DNA of 64,000 nt, from positions 1,248,001-1,312,000 of the forward strand of contig CAXXLV010000002.1 in NCBI GenBank assembly GCA_963664305.2, in the 5' to 3' direction. The position numbers and the translations under genes were made by a program. Positions 32,298 through 42,402 of this stretch are shown here, one piece after another (the first letter of the stretch is position 1; every line of letters begins with the position of its first letter). Source of the stretch: an uncultured Aliarcobacter sp. (lineage in GTDB: Bacteria > Campylobacterota > Campylobacteria > Campylobacterales > Arcobacteraceae). The notes beneath the pieces were generated by a model, which searched no databases, had not been told where the DNA came from, and worked only from the letters and a program-made list of their open reading frames with translations.

Positions 32298-32441
32298 TTA
32301 TAAGTTTTTCCAATCTTATAACAATAAATATTAAATTTTTATTTGGAATAAAGAGTTTGTTTTAAAAATAATTTTTACAAGAACTATATAATTTTTATAA
32401 AATAATTTATTCTTTACATTGTATACTACATTATGATAGAA

Positions 32442-32474
32442 TTTTAAATAGGATAAATATAGTCCTATTTAAAA
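32442..32474. promoter_or_regulatory. Rrf2/IscR-like operator upstream of sufB
   Basis: TTTTAAATAGGAT-N7-GTCCTATTTAAAA palindrome. Confidence 0.65.
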
Positions 32475-32499
32475 AATTTAATATTATATTGGAGAAGTC

Positions 32500-33936
32500 A
32501 TGAATGAGAATCAACAAATACATGACGTGATAAACAAAGAGTATAAACTTGGATTTGAAACTTTAATTCAAAGTGACACCTTTGAAAAAGGTTTAAATGA
32601 AGATGTAATAAGAGCAATAAGTGCTAAGAAAAATGAACCTGAATGGCTTTTAGATTTTAGGCTTAAAGCTTACAAAAAATGGCTAAAAATGGAAGAACCA
32701 ACTTGGGCACATTTAAAATATCCAAAAATTGATTATCAAGATATTGCTTATTATTCTGCACCTAAAAAAGCTTTAAATTCTTTAGATGAAGTAGACCCAG
32801 AAATTTTAAAAACTTATGAAAAATTGGGAATTCCTTTAGATGAACAAAAACAATTAGCGGGCGTTGCTGTTGATGCTGTTTTTGATTCAGTATCAGTTAA
32901 AACTACATATCAAGATGAGCTTGAAAAATTGGGAATTATTTTTTGTTCAATCAGTGAAGCAGCTCATAAATACCCTGAACTTGTTCAAGAGTATTTAGCA
33001 AGTGTTGTTCCACCAACTGATAACTATTTTGCAGCTTTAAACTGTGCTGTATTTACAGATGGAAGTTTTGTATATATTCCACCTCACACTAGATGTCCTA
33101 TGGAATTATCAACTTATTTTAGAATAAATGCTTTAAACACAGGACAATTTGAAAGAACTTTAATTATTTGTGATGAAGGGAGTTATGTTTCTTATAATGA
33201 AGGGTGTTCTGCTCCAACAAGAGATGAAAGACAACTTCATGCTGCTGTTGTTGAACTTTGTGCTTTAAAAGATGCTCAAATAAAATATTCTACTATTCAA
33301 AACTGGTTTCCAGGTGATGATAATGGAAAAGGTGGAATATTAAACTTTGTAACAAAAAGAGGTTTATGTAAAGGTGATAACTCTAAAATTTCTTGGACAC
33401 AAGTTGAAACAGGAAGTGCCATAACTTGGAAATATCCTTCTTGTGTACTTCAAGGAGATAATAGTGTTGGAGAATTTTATTCAGTTGCAATCGCATCAAA
33501 ATCACAACAAGCTGATACTGGAACTAAAATGGTTCATTTAGGAAAAAATACTAAATCAACAATTATTTCAAAAGGTATTTCTGCAATGCATGGAGTAAAT
33601 GCTTATAGAGGACTTGTAAGAGTTGGGAAAAATGCTTCAAATGCTAGAAATATTTCAGAGTGTGATTCACTTTTAATTGGAAATAAATGTCATGCGCACA
33701 CTTATCCATACCATGAAATAAGAAATAGCAGTGCAAATATAGAACATGAAGCAACAACTTCAAAAATCTCAGAAGAACAACTATTTTATTTAAACCAAAG
33801 AGGAATAAAAGAAGAAGATGCAATCGCTATGATTGTAAATGGTTTTTGTAAAGAAGTTTTAAAAGAATTACCAATGGAATTTGCAGCAGAAGCAAAAGAG
33901 TTATTAAATATATCACTTGAAGGAAGCGTGGGATAA
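32500..33936 (+). CDS. sufB: Fe-S assembly protein SufB
   Basis: [31 protein letters not shown]. Confidence 0.96.
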   Translation: MNENQQIHDVINKEYKLGFETLIQSDTFEKGLNEDVIRAISAKKNEPEWLLDFRLKAYKKWLKMEEPTWAHLKYPKIDYQDIAYYSAPKKALNSLDEVDPEILKTYEKLGIPLDEQKQLAGVAVDAVFDSVSVKTTYQDELEKLGIIFCSISEAAHKYPELVQEYLASVVPPTDNYFAALNCAVFTDGSFVYIPPHTRCPMELSTYFRINALNTGQFERTLIICDEGSYVSYNEGCSAPTRDERQLHAAVVELCALKDAQIKYSTIQNWFPGDDNGKGGILNFVTKRGLCKGDNSKISWTQVETGSAITWKYPSCVLQGDNSVGEFYSVAIASKSQQADTGTKMVHLGKNTKSTIISKGISAMHGVNAYRGLVRVGKNASNARNISECDSLLIGNKCHAHTYPYHEIRNSSANIEHEATTSKISEEQLFYLNQRGIKEEDAIAMIVNGFCKEVLKELPMEFAAEAKELLNISLEGSVG

Positions 33937-33939
33937 ATT

Positions 33940-34707
33940 ATGAAAAATCAATTATTAAAAATAGAAAACTTACATGTTAAAATAAATGAAAATGAAATAT
34001 TAAAAGGTTTAAATTTAGAAATAAATGAAGGTGAAATTCATGTTCTTATGGGAACAAATGGAGCTGGAAAATCAACTTTAGTAAAAACTTTAAGTGCCCA
34101 CTATGACTGTATTGTGACTGAGGGAAAAATAACTTATAAAAATAAAGATTTACTTGAAATGGATGTAGCTCAAAGAGCAAATGAAGGAATTTTTATGAGT
34201 TTTCAAACTCCAGTTGAAGTTCCAGGAGTAAACAATAGTTACTTTTTAAAAACAGCGATAAATGAAAAAAGAGCTTATGAAGGATTAAATGAACTAGATG
34301 CAATGGAATTTTTAAAGCTTGTAAAAGAAGAGACATCAAAATTTAATATAGATAGAAAACTACTACAGCGAGATTTAAATGATGGATTTAGTGGTGGTGA
34401 GAAAAAAAGAAATGAACTTATTCAACTACTTATGTTAAAACCTGATTTAATTATGCTTGATGAAATTGATAGTGGACTTGATGTAGATGCTATAAAAACT
34501 GTTGCAAATGTTATAAACTCAATGCTTGATGGGAAAAAATCAATCTTAATGATTACCCATTATGATAGACTATTAGAACTTATTAAACCTGATTTTGTTC
34601 ATATTTTAAATGATGGGAAAATTGCTAAAACAGGAGATTATAACTTAGCTTTAGAACTAGATGAAAAAGGTTATGAAGCAATAGGAATAAAAGATGAAAA
34701 TAAATGA
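33940..34707 (+). CDS. sufC: Fe-S assembly ATPase SufC
   Basis: GTNGAGKST, FSGGEKKRNE, LDEIDSGLD. Confidence 0.96.
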   Translation: MKNQLLKIENLHVKINENEILKGLNLEINEGEIHVLMGTNGAGKSTLVKTLSAHYDCIVTEGKITYKNKDLLEMDVAQRANEGIFMSFQTPVEVPGVNNSYFLKTAINEKRAYEGLNELDAMEFLKLVKEETSKFNIDRKLLQRDLNDGFSGGEKKRNELIQLLMLKPDLIMLDEIDSGLDVDAIKTVANVINSMLDGKKSILMITHYDRLLELIKPDFVHILNDGKIAKTGDYNLALELDEKGYEAIGIKDENK

Positions 34708-35725
34708 ATTAAACACTAATCTTCCAAATAAAAAAGATGAAGAGTTTTTAAAAATAAATTTTGATTCTTTGTTTTCTACTGAATTTAAAGAAGCTAAAAC
34801 TTATGAATTTGATATTATGGGTTTAAAAACTATAAAAGATGAAAACTCTTATGAATCTGTTTTATTTAATATTACAAAAAGTTTAGATGAAAATCAAAAA
34901 GTTTTAACTATAGATAAAAATATTGCTGAACCAATTTTTTTAATTCATAAAATAAAAGAAGATGAAACACTTTTTTCTAACTCTTTAAAAATAGAAGTAA
35001 AAGAAAATATCAAAGCTCAAGTAGTGGAAGTTTTTGTAAACAGTTCTAAAAACTCTGCTTTTACAGTAAATAGAAATATTATTTTAGAAGAAAATGCTTC
35101 TTTAGAATATGTAAAAATTCAAGATATAAATGCTTCAAATTCTATGATTTTTGCAAATAGTATAAAACAAGAAAGAAGTTCAAATCTTGAAATAACAAAT
35201 CTTGAGTTTGGTGATGGTTTTATAGTAAATAGTTTTGAAAATATTATAAATAAAGAGTTTGTAAATTATGAATTAAACGGATTAATTAAATTATCAAATG
35301 ATTCAACAACTACAACTTTAGTAAAAACAGTTCATAACGAAAAAAACTCTACAAGTTCGATAAACTATAAAAACTCTTTAAAAGATAGTTCAAAAGCTGT
35401 TGTAAAAATAAAATCAATCGTAAATGAAACTGCACCATTTACAAAAGCATTTCAAAACTGTAATACTATATTATTAAGTGATGATGCAACAATTTTTGCA
35501 CAACCTCATCTTGAAATTTTAATAGATGAACTTGAAGCTTCACATGGAGCAACAACAGGAACTTTAAATCAAGACCAACTTTTATATCTTTGTTCACGTG
35601 GTATAAAAAAAGAAACAGCTTATGAAATGTTATTAAATGCTTTTGAAAGTACAATAAAATCTAATATAAAAAATGAGATAATAAAAGAGTTTGTAGAAAA
35701 TTATAAAAGGGAAAAATATGTTTAA
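34694..35725 (+). CDS. sufD: Fe-S assembly protein SufD
   Basis: PHLEI..DELEASHGAT..LYLCSRG; position in operon. Confidence 0.9.
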   Translation: MKINELNTNLPNKKDEEFLKINFDSLFSTEFKEAKTYEFDIMGLKTIKDENSYESVLFNITKSLDENQKVLTIDKNIAEPIFLIHKIKEDETLFSNSLKIEVKENIKAQVVEVFVNSSKNSAFTVNRNIILEENASLEYVKIQDINASNSMIFANSIKQERSSNLEITNLEFGDGFIVNSFENIINKEFVNYELNGLIKLSNDSTTTTLVKTVHNEKNSTSSINYKNSLKDSSKAVVKIKSIVNETAPFTKAFQNCNTILLSDDATIFAQPHLEILIDELEASHGATTGTLNQDQLLYLCSRGIKKETAYEMLLNAFESTIKSNIKNEIIKEFVENYKREKYV

Positions 35726-36902
35726 AAATGATTTTCCATACTTCCAAAACTCAAAAACTATTTATTTGGATAATGGAGCAACAACTCAAAAACCAAAAAG
35801 TGTTATAGATTCACAAGTTGAATATTATGAACATTATTGCTCAAACACTCATAGAAGTAACTTTGGCGATGCAAATAGAGCGACTTTGGAGTTTGAGAAA
35901 GTAAGAATCCTTTTAAAAGAGTTTATAAATGCTTCAGCAAAAGAAGAGATTATTTTTACAAAAGGTGTAACAGAATCTTTAAACTTTATAGCAACTTCAT
36001 TTGCAAAAGATTTTAAAACTGTAATTATTTCTAGTTTAGAACACCATTCAAATATCGTACCTTGGCACATGCAAGGAAGAACTTTGGGAAATGGTCTTGA
36101 AGTTGTAAATTGTAATGAAAATTTAGATTTTGATATGAACCATTTTGAAGAACTTTTAAAAGCTAATCCAAATGCTTTTGTAAGTATTACTCATATTTCA
36201 AATGCTTTTGGAAAAATCCATGATATGGAAGCTATCACAAAACTAGCTCACTCTTATGGTGCTATTGTTATGTGTGATGGAGCTCAAAGTTTAGCTCATC
36301 TAAAAGTGGATATACAAAAACTAGATGTTGATTTTTTTGCAATTTCTGGTCATAAAACATTTGGACCAACTGGTGTTGGAGCAATTTATATAAAAGAAAA
36401 ATATCTAAAAGATATAAAACCTTATCAAACTGGTGGAGCAACTATACATGAAGTTGATTTTAATGGTTCAACTTTACTTGATTCTCCATATAAATTTGAA
36501 GCAGGAACACAAAATATTGCTGGTGTTATAGGTTTTGGGAAAGCATTAGAATATATAAATCATGTAAGATATGAAAATATTGAAAATTTAGAACATAAAG
36601 TTTTTAAATATTTAGATGAAGAGTTAGCAAAACTTCCTGATATTGTATTTTACAATGACATTACAAATGCAATTGGAAGTAGAAGTTTCAACTTCAAAGG
36701 AATAGTTCACGATGATATTGGAATACTTCTTGATAAAATGGGAGTTGCTCTAAGAGTTGGTCATCACTGTGCACAACCAATTATGAAAAAATTAGGAGTA
36801 AAAGGAACTATTAGAGTTAGTACAGCTTTTTATAATGATTATGTAGATGTTGATAAATTAATTGAGGCACTAAAAAGAGCCTTAACGATGTTAAAGGGAT
36901 AA
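35718..36902 (+). CDS. sufS: SufS cysteine desulfurase
   Basis: YLDNGATTQKP, EHHSN, SGHK, RVGHHCA. Confidence 0.93.
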   Translation: MFKNDFPYFQNSKTIYLDNGATTQKPKSVIDSQVEYYEHYCSNTHRSNFGDANRATLEFEKVRILLKEFINASAKEEIIFTKGVTESLNFIATSFAKDFKTVIISSLEHHSNIVPWHMQGRTLGNGLEVVNCNENLDFDMNHFEELLKANPNAFVSITHISNAFGKIHDMEAITKLAHSYGAIVMCDGAQSLAHLKVDIQKLDVDFFAISGHKTFGPTGVGAIYIKEKYLKDIKPYQTGGATIHEVDFNGSTLLDSPYKFEAGTQNIAGVIGFGKALEYINHVRYENIENLEHKVFKYLDEELAKLPDIVFYNDITNAIGSRSFNFKGIVHDDIGILLDKMGVALRVGHHCAQPIMKKLGVKGTIRVSTAFYNDYVDVDKLIEALKRALTMLKG

Positions 36903-36903
36903 A

Positions 36904-37314
36904 ATGAGTAGCATTGAAGAAAGAGTAAATGAGATAAAAGAAGATTTAGATTTTTTTGATGATGAACTTGCAAAATATGAATATATTATTGATTTAGGAA
37001 AAAAACTAGAAGAGTTTAATGAAACTGACAAAATACCAGCAAATATAGTTCATGGTTGTACTTCTCAAGTTTGGTTAACACATGAGATAAAAGATGGGAA
37101 AATGTATTTTCATGGAACAAGTGATGCCATAATTGTAAAAGGTTTAGTTTATATGATATTAAAAATTTTTTCAGACTCAACTATACAAGAATTAAAAGAT
37201 ATTGATATGGATATTGTTCATGAATTAAAACTAAGTGAAGTAATAACTCCAAATAGACAAAGTGGAGTTATTGGAATGATAAAAAAAATAAAAGAGTATG
37301 CCCAAAACGCATAA
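36904..37314 (+). CDS. sufE: SufE sulfur acceptor
   Basis: GCTSQVW, SDAIIVKG, TPNR. Confidence 0.92.
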   Translation: MSSIEERVNEIKEDLDFFDDELAKYEYIIDLGKKLEEFNETDKIPANIVHGCTSQVWLTHEIKDGKMYFHGTSDAIIVKGLVYMILKIFSDSTIQELKDIDMDIVHELKLSEVITPNRQSGVIGMIKKIKEYAQNA

Positions 37315-37325
37315 AGGATTAAAAA

Positions 37326-37676
37326 ATGAGTAAAATTTTTGATTTGGAAAATATAAAAGAAAAAGTAATAGAAAATTTAAAAAAAGTTTATGACCCAGAA
37401 ATTCCAGCAGATATTTACAATCTTGGATTAATATATGAAATAAGATTTGAAGAAAAAGAAAACTATTTATACTGCGAAATTGATATGACACTTACTAGTC
37501 CAGCTTGTCCTGTTGCAGATTCTTTACTTGAACAAGTAAAATATGTAACTCTTGCTGTTGATGAGATTGATGAAGTAAGAGTAAATTTAGTGTTTAATCC
37601 AACTTGGGATCCCTCAATGATGAGTGAAGATGCCAGAGAAATTATGGGTGCAAGTGGAGCAGCTATGCCTTTTTAA
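37326..37676 (+). CDS. SufT/DUF59 Fe-S maturation protein
   Basis: VYDPEI..DIYNLGL and TLTSPACP motifs. Confidence 0.9.
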   Translation: MSKIFDLENIKEKVIENLKKVYDPEIPADIYNLGLIYEIRFEEKENYLYCEIDMTLTSPACPVADSLLEQVKYVTLAVDEIDEVRVNLVFNPTWDPSMMSEDAREIMGASGAAMPF

Positions 37677-37686
37677 GGTATAGCTC
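37659..37686 (+). terminator. Terminator hairpin after suf operon
   Basis: GAGC/AGCTATGCCTT...AAGGTATAGCTC inverted repeat followed by T-run. Confidence 0.6.
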
Positions 37687-37712
37687 TTTATTATCATAGC
37701 TTTTTATTAATC

Positions 37713-37754
37713 TACAAATAAAACATACAAAAAATACATTATTTCTCATATAAT
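37713..37754 (+). promoter_or_regulatory. TACAAA-N7-TACAAA-N17-TATAAT promoter/operator
   Basis: Same geometry recurs at 39855, 47842 and (degenerate) 51294. Confidence 0.65.
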
Positions 37755-37802
37755 CATTTCAAGTTAGTATTTGCTAGCTTAAATAAACAGAGGTTGTTTA
37801 TC

Positions 37803-38561
37803 ATGGCAAAAAAAGTTTGGATTATTGGTGCTAGTAGTGGAATTGGTTTAGAATTAGTAAAGTTGTGGCTAAAAAACAATTATTTAGTAATAGCAAGTTC
37901 AAGAAATATAGAAAATTCAAATGAGCTATTAAATCTAAAATCAACGTACTTGGATAATCTACAACTTTTAAATATTGATGTTTTAGATAACGAAAATGTT
38001 ATCGAAAGTGTGGATAGAGCATTTAATATTTTTAATGGTTTAGATATCTGTTTTTACAATGCAGGAGTCTATGAATCAATGACTTACGAGCAATGGAATA
38101 TTTCAAATTTTGAATCCATGATAAATATTAATTATTTAGGTGTTTTAAAAGTTTTAAAACCTCTTATTGCTTATTTGGAAAAACAAAAAAGCCAATCAAC
38201 TATTGTTTTAAATGCAAGTTTAGCAAGTTGTTTTGGTTTACCTTATGGTGGAGCTTATAGTGCTTCAAAAGCTGCATTAGTTAATCTTGCCCAATCTTTA
38301 CAGCCAGAATTACAAAGAAAAAATATTTATGTGCAAATTATAAATCATGGTTTTGTAAAAACAAGACTAACAGCTAAAAATGATTTTGAAATGCCACAAT
38401 TAATGGAAGTTGACTATGCAGCTAAAAAAATATTTGAAGGATTAAACAAGCCTTATAGATTTGAGATATCGTTTCCTTTTTTACTCTCAAGTTTTTTAAA
38501 ATTGCTTAGCTTATTACCATATAAGTGGAGTTTTTCAATAACAAAAAGATTTTTAAAATGA
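37803..38561 (+). CDS. Short-chain dehydrogenase/reductase
   Basis: GASSGIG, NAG, YSASK, GFVKTRLTAKNDF.MP. Confidence 0.9.
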   Translation: MAKKVWIIGASSGIGLELVKLWLKNNYLVIASSRNIENSNELLNLKSTYLDNLQLLNIDVLDNENVIESVDRAFNIFNGLDICFYNAGVYESMTYEQWNISNFESMININYLGVLKVLKPLIAYLEKQKSQSTIVLNASLASCFGLPYGGAYSASKAALVNLAQSLQPELQRKNIYVQIINHGFVKTRLTAKNDFEMPQLMEVDYAAKKIFEGLNKPYRFEISFPFLLSSFLKLLSLLPYKWSFSITKRFLK

Positions 38562-38605
38562 TTAAAATTAAAATTCTTGTGAAATATATAGATTTGATTT
38601 TATGA
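38558..38605 (+). CDS. 15-aa bridging mini-ORF MIKIKILVKYIDLIL
   Basis: ATGA overlaps with both the SDR stop and the MFS start. Confidence 0.4.
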   Translation: MIKIKILVKYIDLIL

Positions 38606-39864
38606 ATAATAATACCCTAAAAAGCAAAGAAATTCTTTTATATGGAATATTGGGAATTCCTATTGCTTTTTTGGGTTTTCCTTTATATATTTATTTACCT
38701 ACTTTTTATGTTGAACATATTGGTTTAAGTGTTGGAATGGTTGGAACTATTTTATTAATTGCAAGATTACTTGATATGATTGCTGACCCATTTATTGGAA
38801 GATTTTGTGATATCTATAGCACTAAATTTAATATTATTTTTGTCTCTTCAATTTTTTTAGTTTTGGGACTATTTTTTCTAATAAAACCTATTTTTTATAG
38901 TTCTTTTTGGTTATTTTTATTTTCTATTCTTACATATATCTCTTATAGTTTTGTTTTAATTCCTTATCTTAGTTTAAACTCTATTTTGAGTAATAATGAA
39001 AGTGAAAATACAAAACTTGCCTTTTCAAGGGAGATTTTTATAATAGTTGGAGTTCTAATCTCTTTATTAATTCCTTATATATTTTTAGTTTCAGATGATT
39101 CAAAAAAGAGTTTAGAACTTTTACTTTATACAATTTTGATTATTTTTCCTGTTTTTTTACTTCTATTTTTTACAAAACTAAAACACTTGGAAAAAAAAGA
39201 GGAGCTTTTAAAAAATGAAAATTTCTTCAAATCCTTAAAAACATTTTTTATAAATTTCCCACACCATAAAAAACTATTTTTTGCTTTTTTATTAAATAAT
39301 CTAGCAAATGCACTTCCAGCAACTCTGTTTTTATTTTTTGTAAAATATGTGTTAGTTTTAGAAGAAAGAAGTGGACTTTTTTTGATAATCTATTTTTTAA
39401 GTGCAATTATTACTTTTCCAATTTGGATAAAACTCTCAACTAAAATCTCAAAAAAATCAACTTGGATTTTGTCAATTATTATTGCAATTAGTGCTTTTAG
39501 TTTTGTGCCTTTTTTAAATGAAGGGGATTTTTTCTATTTTGCAATTATTTGTGTTATAACTGGAATGTGTTTGGGAGCTGATATGGCATTACCCTCTTCT
39601 ATTCAAGCTGATGTAACACAAGAAACAAAAAAGCAAAATAAAGATTTAACAGGAGTTTTATTTGGTTTTTGGGCGATGATTACAAAACTATCTTTATCCT
39701 TAGCTGTTGCAATTTCTTTTATAAGTTTAGAGTTTACAAATTTTGAAACTTCAAATATAAATCAAACTTCAATTTATGCAATCATTTTTTTATATTCAAT
39801 AATGCCCATAATCTTCAAAATATTTTCTATTATTTTTTTATTAAAATATAAAGCTACAAAATAA
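38602..39864 (+). CDS. MFS transporter (MelB/GPH-like)
   Basis: About 12 TM helices; ARLLDMIADPFIGRFCD. Confidence 0.88.
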   Translation: MNNNTLKSKEILLYGILGIPIAFLGFPLYIYLPTFYVEHIGLSVGMVGTILLIARLLDMIADPFIGRFCDIYSTKFNIIFVSSIFLVLGLFFLIKPIFYSSFWLFLFSILTYISYSFVLIPYLSLNSILSNNESENTKLAFSREIFIIVGVLISLLIPYIFLVSDDSKKSLELLLYTILIIFPVFLLLFFTKLKHLEKKEELLKNENFFKSLKTFFINFPHHKKLFFAFLLNNLANALPATLFLFFVKYVLVLEERSGLFLIIYFLSAIITFPIWIKLSTKISKKSTWILSIIIAISAFSFVPFLNEGDFFYFAIICVITGMCLGADMALPSSIQADVTQETKKQNKDLTGVLFGFWAMITKLSLSLAVAISFISLEFTNFETSNINQTSIYAIIFLYSIMPIIFKIFSIIFLLKYKATK

Positions 39865-39896
39865 GCATACAAAACTCTCTTTTTTTATAATAAATT
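39855..39896 (+). promoter_or_regulatory. TACAAA-N7-TACAAA-N17-TAAATT promoter/operator
   Basis: Shared motif upstream of the lipocalin-oxidoreductase-cfa unit. Confidence 0.6.
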
Positions 39897-39922
39897 ACAT
39901 TGTTTAAACAAAAGGAGTATTT

Positions 39923-40411
39923 GTGAAGTTTTTATTTTTGGCAATATTTTTTTCTTCATCAATCTTTGCAAATACTCTTGTTGATATTAAAAAATTTTCT
40001 GGACTTTGGTATGAAATAGCAAGAATTGAAAATAGCTTTCAAACCTCATGTGTAGCTTCAAGTGTAGAATACAAACTCCAAGTTGATAATACTTATGACG
40101 TTTATAATAGATGTTTTGAAAATGAATTAAATGGAAAACTAATCGAATACAATGGTTTTGCAAAACTTGAAAATAACCAACTTTTTATGAGATATTTTTT
40201 TGTTTTTAGAACTTCATATAAAATCGAATATTTGAATGATTATAAAACAGCTGTTGTTTCAAATGATGATTATTCAAATCTTTGGATTATGAGTAGAACA
40301 CCAAATATAGATAAAAATGAGTTAGAAAAAATTCTAAATGATTTAAAAAACAAAATGGATATTTCAAAATTAGTTTTTACAAAACTTGACCCAAAAGGAA
40401 GATACAAATGA
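39923..40411 (+). CDS. Lipocalin (Blc-like)
   Basis: FSGLWYEIAR and LWIMSRTP motifs. Confidence 0.88.
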   Translation: MKFLFLAIFFSSSIFANTLVDIKKFSGLWYEIARIENSFQTSCVASSVEYKLQVDNTYDVYNRCFENELNGKLIEYNGFAKLENNQLFMRYFFVFRTSYKIEYLNDYKTAVVSNDDYSNLWIMSRTPNIDKNELEKILNDLKNKMDISKLVFTKLDPKGRYK

Positions 40412-41646
40412 AAATAGCAGTTTTAGGAGCTGGAATTAGTGGACTTGGAAGTGCCTATATTTTAAGCAAAAAACATGAAGTTGATTTATACGAAAAAGAG
40501 GATAGATTAGGAGGTCATGCTAGAACTACTATGGTTCAAGATGAGGATAAAGTCTTTGGCGTTGATACTGGTTTTTTAGTTTTTAATCATCCAACTTATC
40601 CACTTTTGACAAAACTATTTAAAGAGTTAGATGTAAAAATAGAAAACTCAGATATGAGTTTTGCTTTTTGGGATAAAGATATAAACAGAGCTTACAATGG
40701 TTCTTCTTTAAAAGGAATGTTTGCTCAAAAAAGAAATCTTTTTTCACTTGCTCACTATAAAATGATAAAAGATATTTTAGATTTTAATAAAAAAGCAAAT
40801 GAAGATTTAAAAGAGTGTAATTCAAATTTAGACAAAACTTTAGGAGAATACATAAAAGATTATTCAAGTGCTTTCAAACAAAGATATTTACTTCCTATGG
40901 GTGCTGCTATTTGGTCAACTCCAAGTAATGAAATAAATAATTTTCCAGCAAGAACATTTTTAACATTTTTTAAAAACCATGGACTTTTAGGTGTATCTAC
41001 TCATCATCAATGGCTAACTGTTAGTAATGGAAGTATAAATTATGTAAATAAAATAAAAAATAAAATCTCAGGAAAAATATTTGTAAACTCTGATGTTGTA
41101 AAAGTTCAAAGGGAAGAAAATGGAGTTTATTTAATCCATAGAAATGGAAATAAATCTTTTTATGACAAAGTTGTATTAGCTATGCACGCACCTGAAGCTT
41201 TAGAGATTTTAAAAAATCCTACACCAAAAGAAATTGAGATTTTAAGTGCTTTTAAATATAAAGAAAATAGTGCTGTTTTACACAATGATAATAATATTTT
41301 ATATCCAAATAGAAAAATGTATGCAGCTTGGAACTACACAAGTTCAAACAAACAAAATAAACTTGTAACACTTAGTTATTGGATAAATACTCTACAAAAT
41401 CTAAAAACAAAAAAAGATTATTTTGTCTCTTTAAATGAAACGCAAAATATAAATAATGTTATTGAAAAAATCTCTTATGAACACCCTCAGTTTGATTCAA
41501 AGGCAATAAAGATGCAAAGTAGAAAAAATGAAATTTGTGGACATAATAATACCTATTTTGCAGGGGCTTATTGGAGATATGGTTTCCATGAAGATGGACT
41601 TTTAAGTGCTACAAAAGTGGCTTCAAAACTTGGATGCGAGTTCTAA
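40408..41646 (+). CDS. FAD-dependent oxidoreductase/desaturase (UfaD-like)
   Basis: GAGISGL, RLGGH, VDTGFLVFN..YP, GAYWRYGFHEDG. Confidence 0.85.
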   Translation: MKIAVLGAGISGLGSAYILSKKHEVDLYEKEDRLGGHARTTMVQDEDKVFGVDTGFLVFNHPTYPLLTKLFKELDVKIENSDMSFAFWDKDINRAYNGSSLKGMFAQKRNLFSLAHYKMIKDILDFNKKANEDLKECNSNLDKTLGEYIKDYSSAFKQRYLLPMGAAIWSTPSNEINNFPARTFLTFFKNHGLLGVSTHHQWLTVSNGSINYVNKIKNKISGKIFVNSDVVKVQREENGVYLIHRNGNKSFYDKVVLAMHAPEALEILKNPTPKEIEILSAFKYKENSAVLHNDNNILYPNRKMYAAWNYTSSNKQNKLVTLSYWINTLQNLKTKKDYFVSLNETQNINNVIEKISYEHPQFDSKAIKMQSRKNEICGHNNTYFAGAYWRYGFHEDGLLSATKVASKLGCEF

Positions 41647-41647
41647 A

Positions 41648-42400
41648 ATGCAAAATTTATCAAATCACAATATTTTTGAAGGAACTATCTATCATAAAAG
41701 ATTTCTTCCTAAAAAGCATGATTTTAAATATAACTTTTATCTGCTTGATATTGATGTATTTGATTTAAAAAGTTTAGAAAATAAAATCTTTTCTATAAAC
41801 AAACTAAATTTTATGAGTTTACAAAGTTTTGACCACTTTGGAAAAACTACGGATTTTATAAAAAACATAGAGGAACTTTTAAAAAGATTTGATTTAAAAA
41901 CAACATCAAAAATGAGATTTTTAACACTTCCAAGGGTTTTAAACTTTGTTTTTAATCCTATTAGTGTTTTGGTTTTATTTGATGAAGAAAACCTTCCAAC
42001 TCATATTTTAGCTGAAGTTCATAACTACAACAACGGTCGTGTTGTTTACCCAGTAAAACTTGAAAAAAGAGACAATTCATATTTTGGAGTTGTAAAAAAA
42101 GATATGTATGTTTCGCCTTTTTTTCAATGTGAGGGAGTTTATGAGTTTGAGCTAAAGTATGAAAAAAACAAATTATTTATAAAAATAGATTTATACGAAG
42201 ATAAACAACACAAATTGACGGCGATTTTTAACTCAAAAGCAAAGCTCTACTCTTTTAAAAATATACTAAAAATATTTTTTAGATATATGTTCAGCACTTT
42301 TTTAGTGGTAAGTAGGACATATTTTCAAGCAATTAGACTTTATTTAAAAGGGTTAAAAATCTATTTTCCAAGAGAAAATGACAAAATAAGGAGGTATTAA
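41648..42400 (+). CDS. DUF1365 protein (UfaO-like)
   Basis: H.R..P..H.F.Y, FNPIS, AEVHN, YVSPF; start reassigned to ATG at 41648. Confidence 0.85.
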   Translation: MQNLSNHNIFEGTIYHKRFLPKKHDFKYNFYLLDIDVFDLKSLENKIFSINKLNFMSLQSFDHFGKTTDFIKNIEELLKRFDLKTTSKMRFLTLPRVLNFVFNPISVLVLFDEENLPTHILAEVHNYNNGRVVYPVKLEKRDNSYFGVVKKDMYVSPFFQCEGVYEFELKYEKNKLFIKIDLYEDKQHKLTAIFNSKAKLYSFKNILKIFFRYMFSTFLVVSRTYFQAIRLYLKGLKIYFPRENDKIRRY

Positions 42401-42402
42401 AA

